Made by a program: the position numbers and the translations under genes. A stretch of DNA of 64,000 nt from Bugula neritina (taxonomy: Eukaryota > Animalia > Bryozoa), in the NCBI GenBank assembly GCA_964035545.1, contig OZ037768.1:8278741-8342740 (forward strand). The letters run 5' to 3'. The notes under the pieces were generated by a model. It was not told the origin of the DNA. It did no database searches and saw nothing but the letters and a program-made list of their open reading frames with translations. Shown one piece after another: positions 11,040 to 23,619 of the stretch (positions are counted from its first letter, which is position 1; each line of letters opens with the position of its first letter).

Positions 11040-14000
11040 TTAGAGCTTGAGGGGCTTTGCTTGTTCCCATGTGAATTCCTCTCGCCCAAAGTGACCATAA
11101 GCAGCGGTCTTTTGGTAGATTGGATCTTTCAACTTGAGGTCTCTGCAAATGGAACGGCGTATTAGTAAAGTAAAACACCATAATATATTTAAGTTGTATA
11201 GCTCATACTATAGGTTTAGTTTCCTATAACTGAATAGCCAGCAATATATATTTCAGTAGCATGGATAAGTATATAAACTCACTTGACAATTTTCCCTGGA
11301 CGAAGGTCAAAGTTGTTATTTATTATCTGGAGGAGTTCTTTTTCAGATTTAGTGGAGGTTCCAAAGTGGAAAACAGTAAGTGAGAGGGGTTCGGCTACAC
11401 CAATAGCATAGGCTACCTACACAGACATAATAAAATACATTTAGTTGGCATAACTGCATTTTCCTGTCATTCAATCATTTCATAAAAAAAATATATGCAT
11501 TGAATTGAAAAAAGGCCTATTTTAAGCATGCTACTCGAGTGTCCCATTAGTGCTATGCCCTTTGGGTGAGGTCATATAGCTCACCTGCACCATACATCTT
11601 CTGCACAACCCTGCTTTAACAAGAGACTTGGCCACCCATCTAGCAGCATAGGCAGCAGATCTGTCCACCTTGGAGTAATCTTTCCCAGAGAATGCACCCC
11701 CACCATGAGCTCCCCATCCGCCGTATGTGTCCACAATAATCTTACGGCCAGTCAAACCAGCATCACCCTACAAATTAATTTGTATTCTCTAATAAACAGG
11801 TAATGTGCATTTGACAAATGAAGGAAGCAGAATGAGTACCATAGGCTAATGTCTGATGGGTGTCACACATAAACACAATGCACTATCAAACGATTGACAG
11901 CTAAATCTTTTACCTATCAGCAGGGACCACAGTAGCATACACTACTTACCATAGGCCCACCAATTATGAATTTTCCAGATGGATTCAGATGGAACACAGT
12001 TCTACTATCCATGAGTTTGGCTGGAATAACTGGTTTTATGACCTTCTCCATCAGATCGGCCTTGAGTTGCTCAAGGGTGACCTTCTCATCGTGCTGGGTG
12101 GAGATAACTACAGTGTGCACTCTAATGGGAATGCAAGCTCCATCTTCAAACTTGTATTCTACTGTAACCTGTAATCATAGGATACATAAACTCAATAATG
12201 AATTTGACTAGATAAACGGATATGAATTGTTGTTAGCTTAGTTTGCCCAGTCATGTAATCAAGTTATTCAACAAACCTGTGTTTTCGAGTCAGGTCGAGC
12301 CCATGATATCTCTCCACTTCTCCTCAGAGCTGCAAGCTTAGCATTGAGTTTATGTGACAGGACGACAGTGAGTGGCATACACTCCTCAGTCTCGTCTGTT
12401 GCGTAACCAAACATCAAACCCTGTCAGAAAACACGTGGCATTATGCATATATTTTGTTCAGCGGATTCTAAAAATACGATTGGCATTTAATATAAATAAC
12501 AAAATAAGGACCCTGCACATATGATTGGCGTATTAGCAAGTCTCAAATAGAAGAGTAACATGCAAAGACAAACCTGGTCTCCAGCCCCAATATCATCCTC
12601 CTGCTTGTCTACGTGCACAGCATTGGCAATCTCTGGACTTTGCTGCTCCAAAGCAATGAGCACATTGCAAGTTTTATAGTCAAACCCTTTATCAGAGGAG
12701 TCGTACCCAATGTGCTTGATTGTGTCACGGATAACTTTTTGATAGTCTACATTTGCACTGGATGTAATCTCACCAAATACCATTATCATGCCGGTTTTAG
12801 CTGCAGTTTCTGTAAACAATGAGAGAGTGGTGAGAAGAGCAGCCTATGGTTCCACATTTACTGGCTTTACATGCATGGAACCCATGGAGCTTCATCTCAT
12901 GTGAGCCCAGCAATATGCAGTACCAGACTGTATGTTGACACACCCTGGTAGAAGGCCAATGATAGGATTGCCAATAATTGACAGCTAGTGATGCCTTGAT
13001 AAATGTCATGTTAGAGAAAAGGGTCACTGCACTGGGTGAAACTTTATTTTAGGAATTGTATACATCTGATATGCCTATTCACTTACCACAGGCTACTTTA
13101 GCATCGGGATCCTGAGCTAAATGAGCATCCAATACAGCATCACTGACCTGGTCACATATTTTATCTGTAAATTTTAAGCAATCAGAATCAAAACGATGGA
13201 TGTCATTGCAGCAAGGACAAATTGAATATAACATGCTGACTGGTATAAAAGTCATGAGAAGCATACACCCGATCTCATTTTTTCATCCTATGTTAATTAT
13301 GAAATTTAAAATGCTATATTTTCAGATGAGCTTAGGGATTTTTTTGTGGACAAAGTTACCCTATAATGGGGGCAAAACAGTACTAGAAGATTCTTGCAGC
13401 AATTTTCTGTGGAGTATACTTAAAATAATAAGTTTCAAGTAAACACAGAAAGAGACACATAAAATCTTCTAACTTCACTAACTTAGAATAGTAACCCTGG
13501 GAGTTGGTTTTGAATCCAATTTACTTCTTTATAGCTTTTACTCTCATTGTTAAATTGACACCTCACCAATTTTATTGACAATAGATATTAGCTTGCCAAT
13601 GAAATAGTCCAACTGCCAGGCAGTGTTGGTGACAAGATTCATCAAAAAATCATTGAACAACTAGGCCTATATGCATATCCCTGTAATACTGCTATGGTCA
13701 ACTGACAATAATGTAAGGAATTCCAAAATGATTACAACTATTGCTTCAGTTTTCTAGCTTAGACACTGTTGACCACTTTTACTAGCGCTGATGCATATTG
13801 TGGCAGTGGGTATATGAAATACCCCCTCCCCACCTATCCATCTTGTAACATACAAAAAATGGGAAGCTTTACACCACGGCATGTGTTCTACAATTTCAGT
13901 AATGTCATGCAATTATATGGCTTTATTTTTGTCAGCAAAGTTACAAATTCCATAAAAACACTTATCAATTTATTTAATACTACTAGAAAATTATCTTATT

Positions 14001-14702
14001 CCCTTGATTGGTATCAAAGATTTGGTTTATATTAGTTGGTGGCTTTATATCATATACTAGCAATAGTCATATTATTGGTGATAACATGTGTATCTTGGTA
14101 AGCAGATGAAGCAAATTAATTGCCATATTAATATTCCACAAAATTAAACATAGTAAAAACTGCAGTTAATAAGACTGAAATATGTTACACAAGGGCCATT
14201 ATTCATAAAGGAAAAAGTCAGAAACTTTAACTAGCCAAACTACAAACTTTTAACCATCTACTATTGTCAATCAAGTTGATGGCTACCTAGTACCTACTTA
14301 TGTAAAACATAAAAATTAATATGCATCAATCAATGCACTGGCCACTGGCTAGGAGCGCTGTATCCATTTTTATTTTATTGGAATTGTAATACTAATTGTT
14401 ATACTAATACTAATAGTAATAATTATAGTTATACTTATTGTAATTGTTTACAATTCCAATATGAATACTTGAAATTTCATGAACACTAACTGTAACTGCG
14501 TTTTGGTTGCTACAACAAATATTTAACTGTAACTGTAATAAAATAATGAGTGACAAGAAAACTTACCAGGATGACCTTCACCAACTGATTCAGAGGAGAA
14601 CAAGAAAGTCCCAATGTCTTCCTCTAAGCCACCAGCTTCAGCTGCTTCATGCAAAGCATCTACGTGATGAGGAGCTCCGTTATGTCCATTTGTCGTAGCC
14701 AT
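11040..14702 (-). CDS. MAT: S-adenosylmethionine synthase (methionine adenosyltransferase), 8 coding exons
   Basis: Exons 14702-14567, 13164-13087, 12809-12574, 12420-12277, 12168-11950, 11767-11585, 11416-11283, 11142-11040. Hallmark motifs: [80 protein letters not shown]. Confidence 0.98.
12806..12814 (-). promoter_or_regulatory. METTL16/METT-10-type m6A motif UACAG|AAAC at the 3' splice site of MAT intron 2
   Basis: Minus strand reads ...TTGTTTACAG|AAACTGCAG. The A of the acceptor AG is at 12811. GUUU can pair with AAAC to put ACAG in a loop. The nonamer is identical to the C. elegans sams acceptor motif. Confidence 0.75.
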
Positions 14703-17236
14703 TGTGTTTATCTTATGGTTCTAGAACTACTAAGTTAGTAAGTACTAATAAAACGCTGAATTAATTCTGTATAACTATCAGTATCACAGCGAACTGAGTG
14801 AATGTCAAACTCAATGTGATTCAGATTGACTTGAATCAGAGTTAGCGTATACTAATATTAATATATTCAACTTGTATAAATTGTTATATAAGTTTATATT
14901 ATAATTATTGCAATAGCAATAACAATGTTGGGAATCTACACGGAAAAAGAGTATCAGCACGTGAGAATACCGTTTTAACGCAAATAGTAATAATTCAAGT
15001 TTTGTATACAAAAATAGTCCAGTTTAAACGGACAGCATGGAAAAGAGGATGATGTCTCACGACTTCACGGTTATATACGATTTTTGTTATATGCCAGTCG
15101 AATCGTAGTCAAGAGATCAATACCATGTTAATTTATCGTGCAATTCGTTACCCAACAACCAATCAATAATGCTGTTACATTATATCACGCCTACTTTATA
15201 AACACCGCTACGAAGTACAAAAATTATTACAGTAATTTTGTATCAAATTCAATGATGATTATAGTTATAATTCTAATAATGATAAATATGAATAATTATA
15301 ATGTCACTGTGCTATATTATTGCCATAATATCATTTATAATTGTTACTAATATATCGAATTCAATCTGTAATATTCCTACTACTAGTATTCATACTCCAG
15401 TTTTAGTTTTTAACATAATGATAATTTTAATCGTAATAGTAATACTAATACTAATAGTAATACTTATACTAATGAGTTACACTAATACTGTAATAGTAAT
15501 AGTGAGTAATACTGATAATTATCATTATGACGTTGATAATCATTTACATTATTATAATGTAAAGCAAAATAATTATGATTATCAATACGATTAGAATTAT
15601 ATTTAATATTTATATTATAATTATGTTAAAAACTAAAGCTTGAAATTAAACCAAATTAAAACGACCATCAAAAGTGTAAAGTGTACTTGTAGTTGTACTT
15701 GTGCTACTACTGGTACTTTTAATCATAATGAATATGATGATGATTTTCGATATGAATATAAATATCATTGCCCTTACGAGTATCTTTTCAAATTTTATTA
15801 TTATGGTTATCATCTGATTATTATTACCATTATGATTATGGTTAGGTTTAAGTTTAACATAGTCATAGTAATACTAATAGTGATAACCATACTAATATGT
15901 GATAATGATGTCAATGAGTATCACTATAAGGATGATATTGATAATTATTAATTGATTATATTTATATGTTTTAAAAACTAATTGATTATCTTGATTTAGC
16001 TGTGATAGTAATTAATTTCATCAATCTTTCTGGTAAATATAATAATGAACTTATACTGAAACCCACAGTCGCAGTAATTATAATGAAACTAATACTTTTC
16101 AATGTGAATAGCTAAGGCATATCTATCCAAGCGTTGGAATTATCATTGTTACAATTATTCACATATCCACCCTTACTCAAAGAGTGAGTCAGGGTAGATA
16201 TATTGCTACATCAACTAGTTGACTGATTTCTTACTCTTCAATTCAAAGAGAAAAGTTTGAAAACTCAGCATGTGCTGTGTGTTCAAATTCTTAAGCATAA
16301 AAATAGTTTACAAAAAGATAGGTATATAACTAGGCATCAGCTAGGCATATATTTTTTTTCTTATTTCCGAAGGAGCTTGCACAAAATGTCGGTATCTTTT
16401 ATTTTCAGTTAGCCAATAGCCAGTAGGAATTGCATAGCAACAAGTGTTGTGTAATTTTCAAAGGTCTGTATGAAGCTGTTCTGAAAATTCTTAAAAGGTT
16501 TTAATAAATAAGGATTGCTACAGCATAAAAAGCAACTGTTGGCACAGTATTCAAAACCCCTATCTAGATGTCAAATAGCTCTCTGCACACGGCATGATGT
16601 TTATCTTCAGCAGCCTGTAATTCATCAACCCACTATTAAAAAATTATGTAAATAGAGAAACTACATACATGAAATCTTACAAGTTTGTACTTTGTAACAG
16701 TAACTGAGCTGCAAAAGACATTACTACATGTTGTAAATAAAGCAAAATTGCTATCTACAAAATAATTATCGGAAGAAATGAGCTGCATGTATTTTGCTTT
16801 CCTTTTTATCCAGTCTGTTGATATTTTACTTTGTAATAAAAGTTTAATTGGGCCCATGCTTGTTTACCTATAACAAATTTAGAATGTATGACTAAAGAAA
16901 AAAATGTCATATTTTTCTAAAAATAGAAAAGATGTTTTTAATTTAAGTTTCAAGAATAAAAAGAACTTATTTGTGATTTTAAATATGACAATATAAATGT
17001 TTTTTTGGGGGGTGAATGAATAACATAGATGATAAAAAAGTAAAAGTAAAAAATAAAGAAGGTAAAAGATGCAGTAACGCAATTGAATACTCTAAAGTGT
17101 GTATTTGAGGCAATATTAAGCTATTTTAATTTAGCAAAGGACTTTCGTTCAAATTTCATTTTACTTATTTGTATGATAGAAGTCAAGTTTTAACAAGAAG
17201 ATTCAATCTTGATGATAGAAATTTGGTTGAAACAAG

Positions 17237-20200
17237 ATGGCTCGAAAATCAGGTAGAGTAGCCCTAGATAATAAATTTACAGTGACATATAATAAAATTT
17301 TACAATTTTATTTACATAATGATGATGTTTATATTTTAATAATAATGTTAATTTAAATCAATTTTAGTGAGTGGCACTTTAAAAGAGGAAATCTTTCAAG
17401 CAAGGTCAAATTTGGACAGTATTCTTCAAAAGATACGCAATTCAAGAGATCCAAGGTTAGAGTTTGCATAACTCATTTTTTCTGAGTTTACTGAGAAATT
17501 TAGTATTATCGTCAAACCCTGAATCAAAGTGGGCGATTAGAATAGAGTAAAAAGTTCTACATGATTTCTGCTTCCAGCCATAAATGCCCTCATCCTAAAA
17601 TGCCATGGATGAAAAGGCTGTCTAAAAAGAATTTATTGAGTTTTGCTGTTTTATAACATTTTTTGTCATCATATTTGATTATATGTCATAGTTTTCTTGA
17701 TTCTGAAGATGATGATGACAGAAATGATAAGTCACCTGCCAGGTGAGTCATGCAATTGTGAGTGTGTGTCTTTGTGCGTGTGTGTGTGCGTGCGTGCGTG
17801 CGGTGTGTGTGTGCGTGCGTTCGTGCGTGCGTGTGTGTGTAGAGTTGCTGAAAAATTGAGCTTATGCCAAGATAGTAGTGAACAAATTCTTGCTTCTCAT
17901 TCATTGATTTAAAATCAGTATCACATGCCAGTGATTTATCTTGCTATGATCATTCCCCTTTTAATGAAATGCATGCTTGAAACTAGTCTGTTGTCTGTTA
18001 CAAAAGAATGCAAGCTACTTTCATAGTATAATACAAAACTAGCAAATAATAACTTCTGCGGTAAGCATGTGTTATACTATGTCACTTGTAATTTGAGTAG
18101 GTTTTTCAGTGTAGTAATCAGTATTGGTAAAAGCTGTCATCAATATTTCGTGTAACTGTTATTGTTAGCTGGGGTGAAGCTAGTAAGTTACAAAGATGGA
18201 TGTTTCACAATATTAACTCCATCTGCTATTTTCACCTTGATTGCTGTTTCACTTACGGTGTGCCATACTATTAGCCCTAGACTCTTGCTGTTGTAGGGAA
18301 GGCGCTGGGGACGGGTCACCCAAGAGAAAGAATAACACTCATGGAACTAAAAAAAGGAAAAGGGAGTTCACTGGTTCATCACAATCTTCAGCAGCCAGTA
18401 AATACTCTGATATTCTAATAATTCAGTCTTATGTTAAAGAGTCTTGTTCCATATCAGCCATCAACTCTGTCTCACCTCTTCAGATACATATGTGGTGAAG
18501 TTGTTTGACCGAAATGTGGATTTGGCTGTTTACAATGAGTCCACCCCCCTCTATCCTATTTGCCGAGCCTGGATGAGGAACACGGCTAATGAGCATTGCA
18601 TAGAGCAACCTCCGCCTTCAGACTCACAGGTAATTCTCAGACGAACACAGGTATTAGCTGCAATACGATCTCCATCACTGTCTCTGCTAGCAGTAGGTCT
18701 TTATTAGTCTGACTGTGGTTGTGTCTATCACTGTGTAGGTGTGACAGTCCTTGTCACCAAGGTCACATTTCTGTGTAGTCTCTAGAGCCTGTTGGTGGTG
18801 ACCTGAGCCTTCCTGTGTACCTTCTTGTTATCAGCTGCTGTAAGTAGTTTTTCTGACACAAAATGCTGCTTCAGTTCATTTCTTCATCTCACATAATAGG
18901 ATGTCCTCCCAGGATGTTGTGTTGACAGCTTGCTCCTCTTTCTAGACATCTTTGCCGTCACTGTACACTATAGTACATATTGTCAATTTACTATGATGAC
19001 TACCAAGATTGTTATTATGTGATAAATTATAGTTTAAAGAGTGCAAATCGGGAAATAAATATGTAATTAAAGTCTGTGTGTCTTATGTAAGTGTTAACAC
19101 AGGTCTCACCTTCATCCTGTTCAAATGACAACTTCTATTTAAGAAGACAACTTTTAAACGAAAAAATCCTCACTGCCACCCTCCACTAAAAGTGTGTGTT
19201 CACTAATTTACCCCAGTGAGCTAGGGCGCACTGTAATCAACAATATAGGTGTCAACGCTTAATATTTTATATAAAAACCATTCTTAGTATTTGAAGTCAT
19301 TTTCAAGATAATTACTATGGAGTAGCCGTGTTCTAGGGGGATCAGGAATTTTCTCAGGGATAGTGACTATAAACTTGCGTGAGTTTTTTTAAAAATAATT
19401 AGGGCTAATATAAGCCTGCTGAAAACATTCCAACTCTAACATACAAGCATATTATATATAATAAAATGACCTTGCTCATGAATGCCACTAATGATCTTAT
19501 CACATTTACTCAGTTATACAACCGTGTTCTCACTTCAAGCATGTTGAATATCACATCCTCAGCAAACATTGTACCATATGTCCACTTTCACATCAGTTGA
19601 TAGTAAATATTAGTTGATACTGTAGTTGGTAGCTGTATTATTAGTGTTAGTGTATTGTTGTTTGCATGGAGTTTGTAATTTTACAGTTTGAATAGCTGTT
19701 AATAGTGCACCTCGTGTTCTACCAGTTCATTTGAATATTGGATATTGAAACCACATTGAAAAACAAATGCCCACATAGTTGACCAAAAAACCACTAATCA
19801 CTTTCTGGGTTAAACATCAGTCTATCTAAATAAAAAATATAGAAACAGAGTAGAAGTACAAGTAAAAATAGAAAAGCTCTTAAAATGTATGACTGTAGTG
19901 AATGCCATCAGTATACCGCGCTTAGGGACACCATTAATACTTGTTACATGTGCTTTTCAGTGTTTTTCTTCAAGTGTTTCATGTTTTCGCAATTTTTTTT
20001 TGATTTTTTTTTTCCTGTTTAAGCAATAACTTTCTACACGAGTCTAAGGAATATTGTTTACTACTTTGTATATATGTTATAAATTATACAACGTGCATGC
20101 CTGTGCGGTACTCGATGGAAATATTAACAATCTGCATGAGTTCCTGTAATGTGTTTTATCTGTACACACGAGTGTTAAGCATGGCTTTAGTAATGGGTTT

Positions 20201-22196
20201 CTAAGTTGTAACTACTTAGGTCTCTTGGAATCCCAGCAGGTGTATGATAAGCATTGGAACTTCCCAATCACCAAGTGATCTCATGGTAAACTGGCCAGGA
20301 GTTATTTTAATTTGCCGACACTAATTGATTGTATGCACAGAATGTCTAATTATAGATTATAGTGTATATAGGGGCCCTTGTTATCTTCCAGTACTAACCT
20401 TGATATCACCTTGCTATAATTTTAATACAAGTTGTCTGTTGGTTATATTCTGAATTAGCCATCAGCATTTTTGTGGTGAATATATACTTTTACTGAGCTT
20501 GTTGGTTGTGGACATTGAATGGTACAGCTTGCTAGGGTACAAGATTTCAGAAAAAACAATCAGATAGTCAAACTAAAACTAAATGTCAATAGTTGTCTAA
20601 TGCAATTGTATTTCGCTTCCTTTTTAGTTGAAGCAAAGTTAATGTTTTGGCTCTTGTAAGGCACAAAATGTCTATTTGCTGGAGACATGGTGCTACCATG
20701 TGTCCAGGTCTCACTAACATTACACTTACAGTATTTATGATTAGGAAACAAAGCTTTGTACCCTATTGACAGTCAACCAATCCTGGCTCAGGCCACAATT
20801 ACCTGGAGTGATGTTTGGTCATAGAGTTTATCAACATTTTTAATCACTGTACTTTCTCTACTTCAAACTAAATCAACAAACATGTTCCATTGTACAATAT
20901 TTTCATATTTAGTTCTAAAAAAGCTAAAATTTATATTTAGGCAAGATCCTGTATAGACAGCAATTAGTAGTTTAATATATGCACACAGACTATCTGTTGC
21001 AGGCGGGTGGTGAGGTGCAGTTCCCAAACCCTTACATGAAAAGTAAAACTGAGGTGTTGAGTAATCTTAAAATCCCGGAGCCCATCCCAAGAAAGGAGAA
21101 GCCGCTAGACATTCATGCTGTGAGTTATGCAATCACTGCTATCAGTTATTTAAACACATATTATTTAGAATTTTAGGAAATCTTACATTCAAAAGAATGA
21201 TATTTATAATTACATGGCATTTTCGTTTTATATGTTAGCCGCCTTGAGTTTAAATCTAATTCTGTATTTGGCTCATTTAAATTTGGTTTAAGCTCAATAG
21301 ATAAATGAGAGTAGATAACTCTACACATCATAATTTGCAACTGAAAAATTTAATTTTCTGAATTGAAATTGAGAATTGAAATTGGTCACATGCGGTTACC
21401 AGTTTGTTTAATGCTTAGCTAAGTTTAAAAATTAGTAGTATTAAAGTGTTGTTAGGGTGATGTGCTTTAAATGCTTTAATTATTTTGTATTTTGTCTTTC
21501 AATAATACTTTTTGTTTCAAGTTGATACTATTGCCATTGTTTTTAATATATTTAAGTATAGGCTTATGCTCAGTGGAAACTAGTTTCATAAAAACCAGCA
21601 TTTTGCAACAGTTTTTTTCCAATTCCCATGCATACGAATATATTATAAATTCACTAAATTGTTTCTGAGGTGCTAGTTCTAGCTAGCTAGTTCTAGTTCT
21701 TAATTTTTCAAGCTCTCTTAAATCTGCATGTGAATTTTATTGTAGCACCTTTTGTTTCATGAGTAATATTATTAGTTTTCCTGTGACATACAAACTGGTT
21801 CTTGTTGCAGGAGCCGGAGGATGCAGCTGATCTTCTCATGAAGCACATTGCTCATTGGAAGGAGGTTAGAGAAAGGTCAGTTTGAGATTTATCTTCTCCA
21901 TTACGCTTGCAGCCGCCATATTTCTATTTAATAGATAACATTAGTCTGTCATTAGTTGTTTCTACAATGTACTCTGTTTAGCTACCAAAATAATTTACAT
22001 ATACTATGTATCATCTTAACTTTGATAATTTGAACAATTAAAAAAGTATTGGTGCATGGTTTAACTATGTCTTATGATACGTTGTTTTTAATAATTTCTA
22101 ACTTGTAGCTGGAGGGAAGCTGGTAAAGCCTATGATGCCAGATTTTCTACCAGCCATGCTGTGATAAAGCAAATGTATGAAGCTGCTTCAAAATAA
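17237..22196 (+). CDS. LIN37: protein lin-37 homolog (DREAM/MuvB subunit), 8 exons
   Basis: Exons 17237-17252, 17368-17455, 17692-17742, 18297-18397, 18484-18629, 21003-21119, 21811-21875, 22109-22196. Motifs [42 protein letters not shown] and [15 protein letters not shown] match LIN37 conserved blocks. Confidence 0.92.
17760..17841. repeat. compound (TG)n/(TGCG)n microsatellite
   Basis: Directly visible in LIN37 intron 3. Confidence 0.9.
19340..19380 (+). mobile_element. 3' fragment of the tRNA-derived SINE family seen at 59338
   Basis: ATCAGGAATTTTCTCAGGGATAGTGACTATAAACT matches the SINE 3' end ATCAGGGGTTTTTTTTACAGGGATGGTGACTATAAACT. Confidence 0.55.
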
Positions 22197-23619
22197 TATT
22201 TAAACATTTTAAAACTGTGTTTTTTTATAAACCGTTGAGTATATTTTGTATATAATACTTGTGAGTTTCATGCAAGAATTATTCTATTGAATAATTTGGA
22301 GTCATCTTTCCAACCTCTAAGCTAATGTGTATATATTTTGTAAATAATATATTATATTGTTTTATACCTCAACATCTACTCAGCTGTTTGTCTTACACTA
22401 GCATATTATTGCCATAAATTAGTTGTTTTTTTATATCTTATCAATCCTGTGAAAATCTAATATTACTGTTTTTATCTAAGCTTTAAAACAGATTCTGCAA
22501 AATGAATTAATTGAATCGGCATATCAGAGGTTTGCTTTCTGCCAGTGTTTGGTTTTATCCTATTCTACTCCCACCATTAGTTTGACACTTCTGGTTTAAT
22601 TATAAACTAATGTTGGTGTTTTGGAATGCCTTCTGTGTCTAAAACACTGTATTGTTGCTTATAATTCTTTTAATTTTGCAAACGAACACTGTTTATGAAA
22701 ATTATTCAAAACAATTTGTTATTAGTTAATTTGACAACATTTCATTTTAAAAAATAAGTCTGGTATGTTCCGTGCCACAGTATATGCAGTGTTTATTGAA
22801 AAATTAGAAGCCTGGTATCATCTTATAGAGTTGCCTGTCTGTAGTCTGTATATAATCGTGCAAGAGTTGTCCTTTCTATTAATGTCAGCAGATGGTTCTT
22901 GTAAAGTTTGAGCTAGAAATCTGTCTAAAAATGGTTTAGTAAGTCTTTACTAACTGCTATTATACATATTTATAATGCTACTAAACTTTGAAAACTTGTG
23001 ATCAGTAAAATATTTTTCCTTAATTTAATTTAGGACATGAAATAATAGCACCCCATCTTCACTCCACTTACTAATTATCACTCTACTCATCTCTGGTTGC
23101 AACTTGATAAAAAAGCAATAGATGAATAGAATGTATCAATGCCAAAATTGCTACGAAGTTCTTTTAGTTAATTGATAAAAAACCTGTGTATAGTAAATCT
23201 TTATTAATTCACATTTTGTTTGCTATAATAGTATTTAATTGCATAGCCATGAACATGAAATAAAAGTATTCAATTGCAGAATAATAATAGTATAGAAAAT
23301 AGTAAATATACAAATAGGCTGGACCTTATATTATTGCCAAAACCATATTCACCATAAAAGCAAAGCCAGCAATTGTGTTTTAAAGTCAGAGTTGTCTTTT
23401 CACTTTGCCTCTGTGCTGCACACTTTCCACGCTTACTATTGGCTACAAAATATCGCTCTTGGAACGAAAAGGTCTTCTTTTTGGTAGATACCTGTAAACA
23501 ACTGCTTCTTACTATAACTAGCTACAGGATTCTCGAGTACATTCAAAACAGTGCTTAGAGTTTTTTCTTTGAATGAAATATAAAGTAACGAATGTTTTGT
23601 GCAGGTTTTATTTGAATTA

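Noticed and set aside
12831-12900. Hairpin D as a SECIS element or H/ACA snoRNA
   Set aside because: It is intronic, lacks a correctly placed 3' GA quartet partner, and has no properly positioned H or ACA boxes by eye. Kept only as an alternative to test.
15138-15951. Ile/Val/Asn/Tyr-rich ORFs that look like membrane peptides
   Set aside because: By-products of triplet-periodic AT-rich DNA; no splice or homology support.
17686-17912. His/Thr- and Cys/Val-rich ORFs
   Set aside because: Translations of the TG/TGCG microsatellite; only 17692-17742 is a real LIN37 exon.
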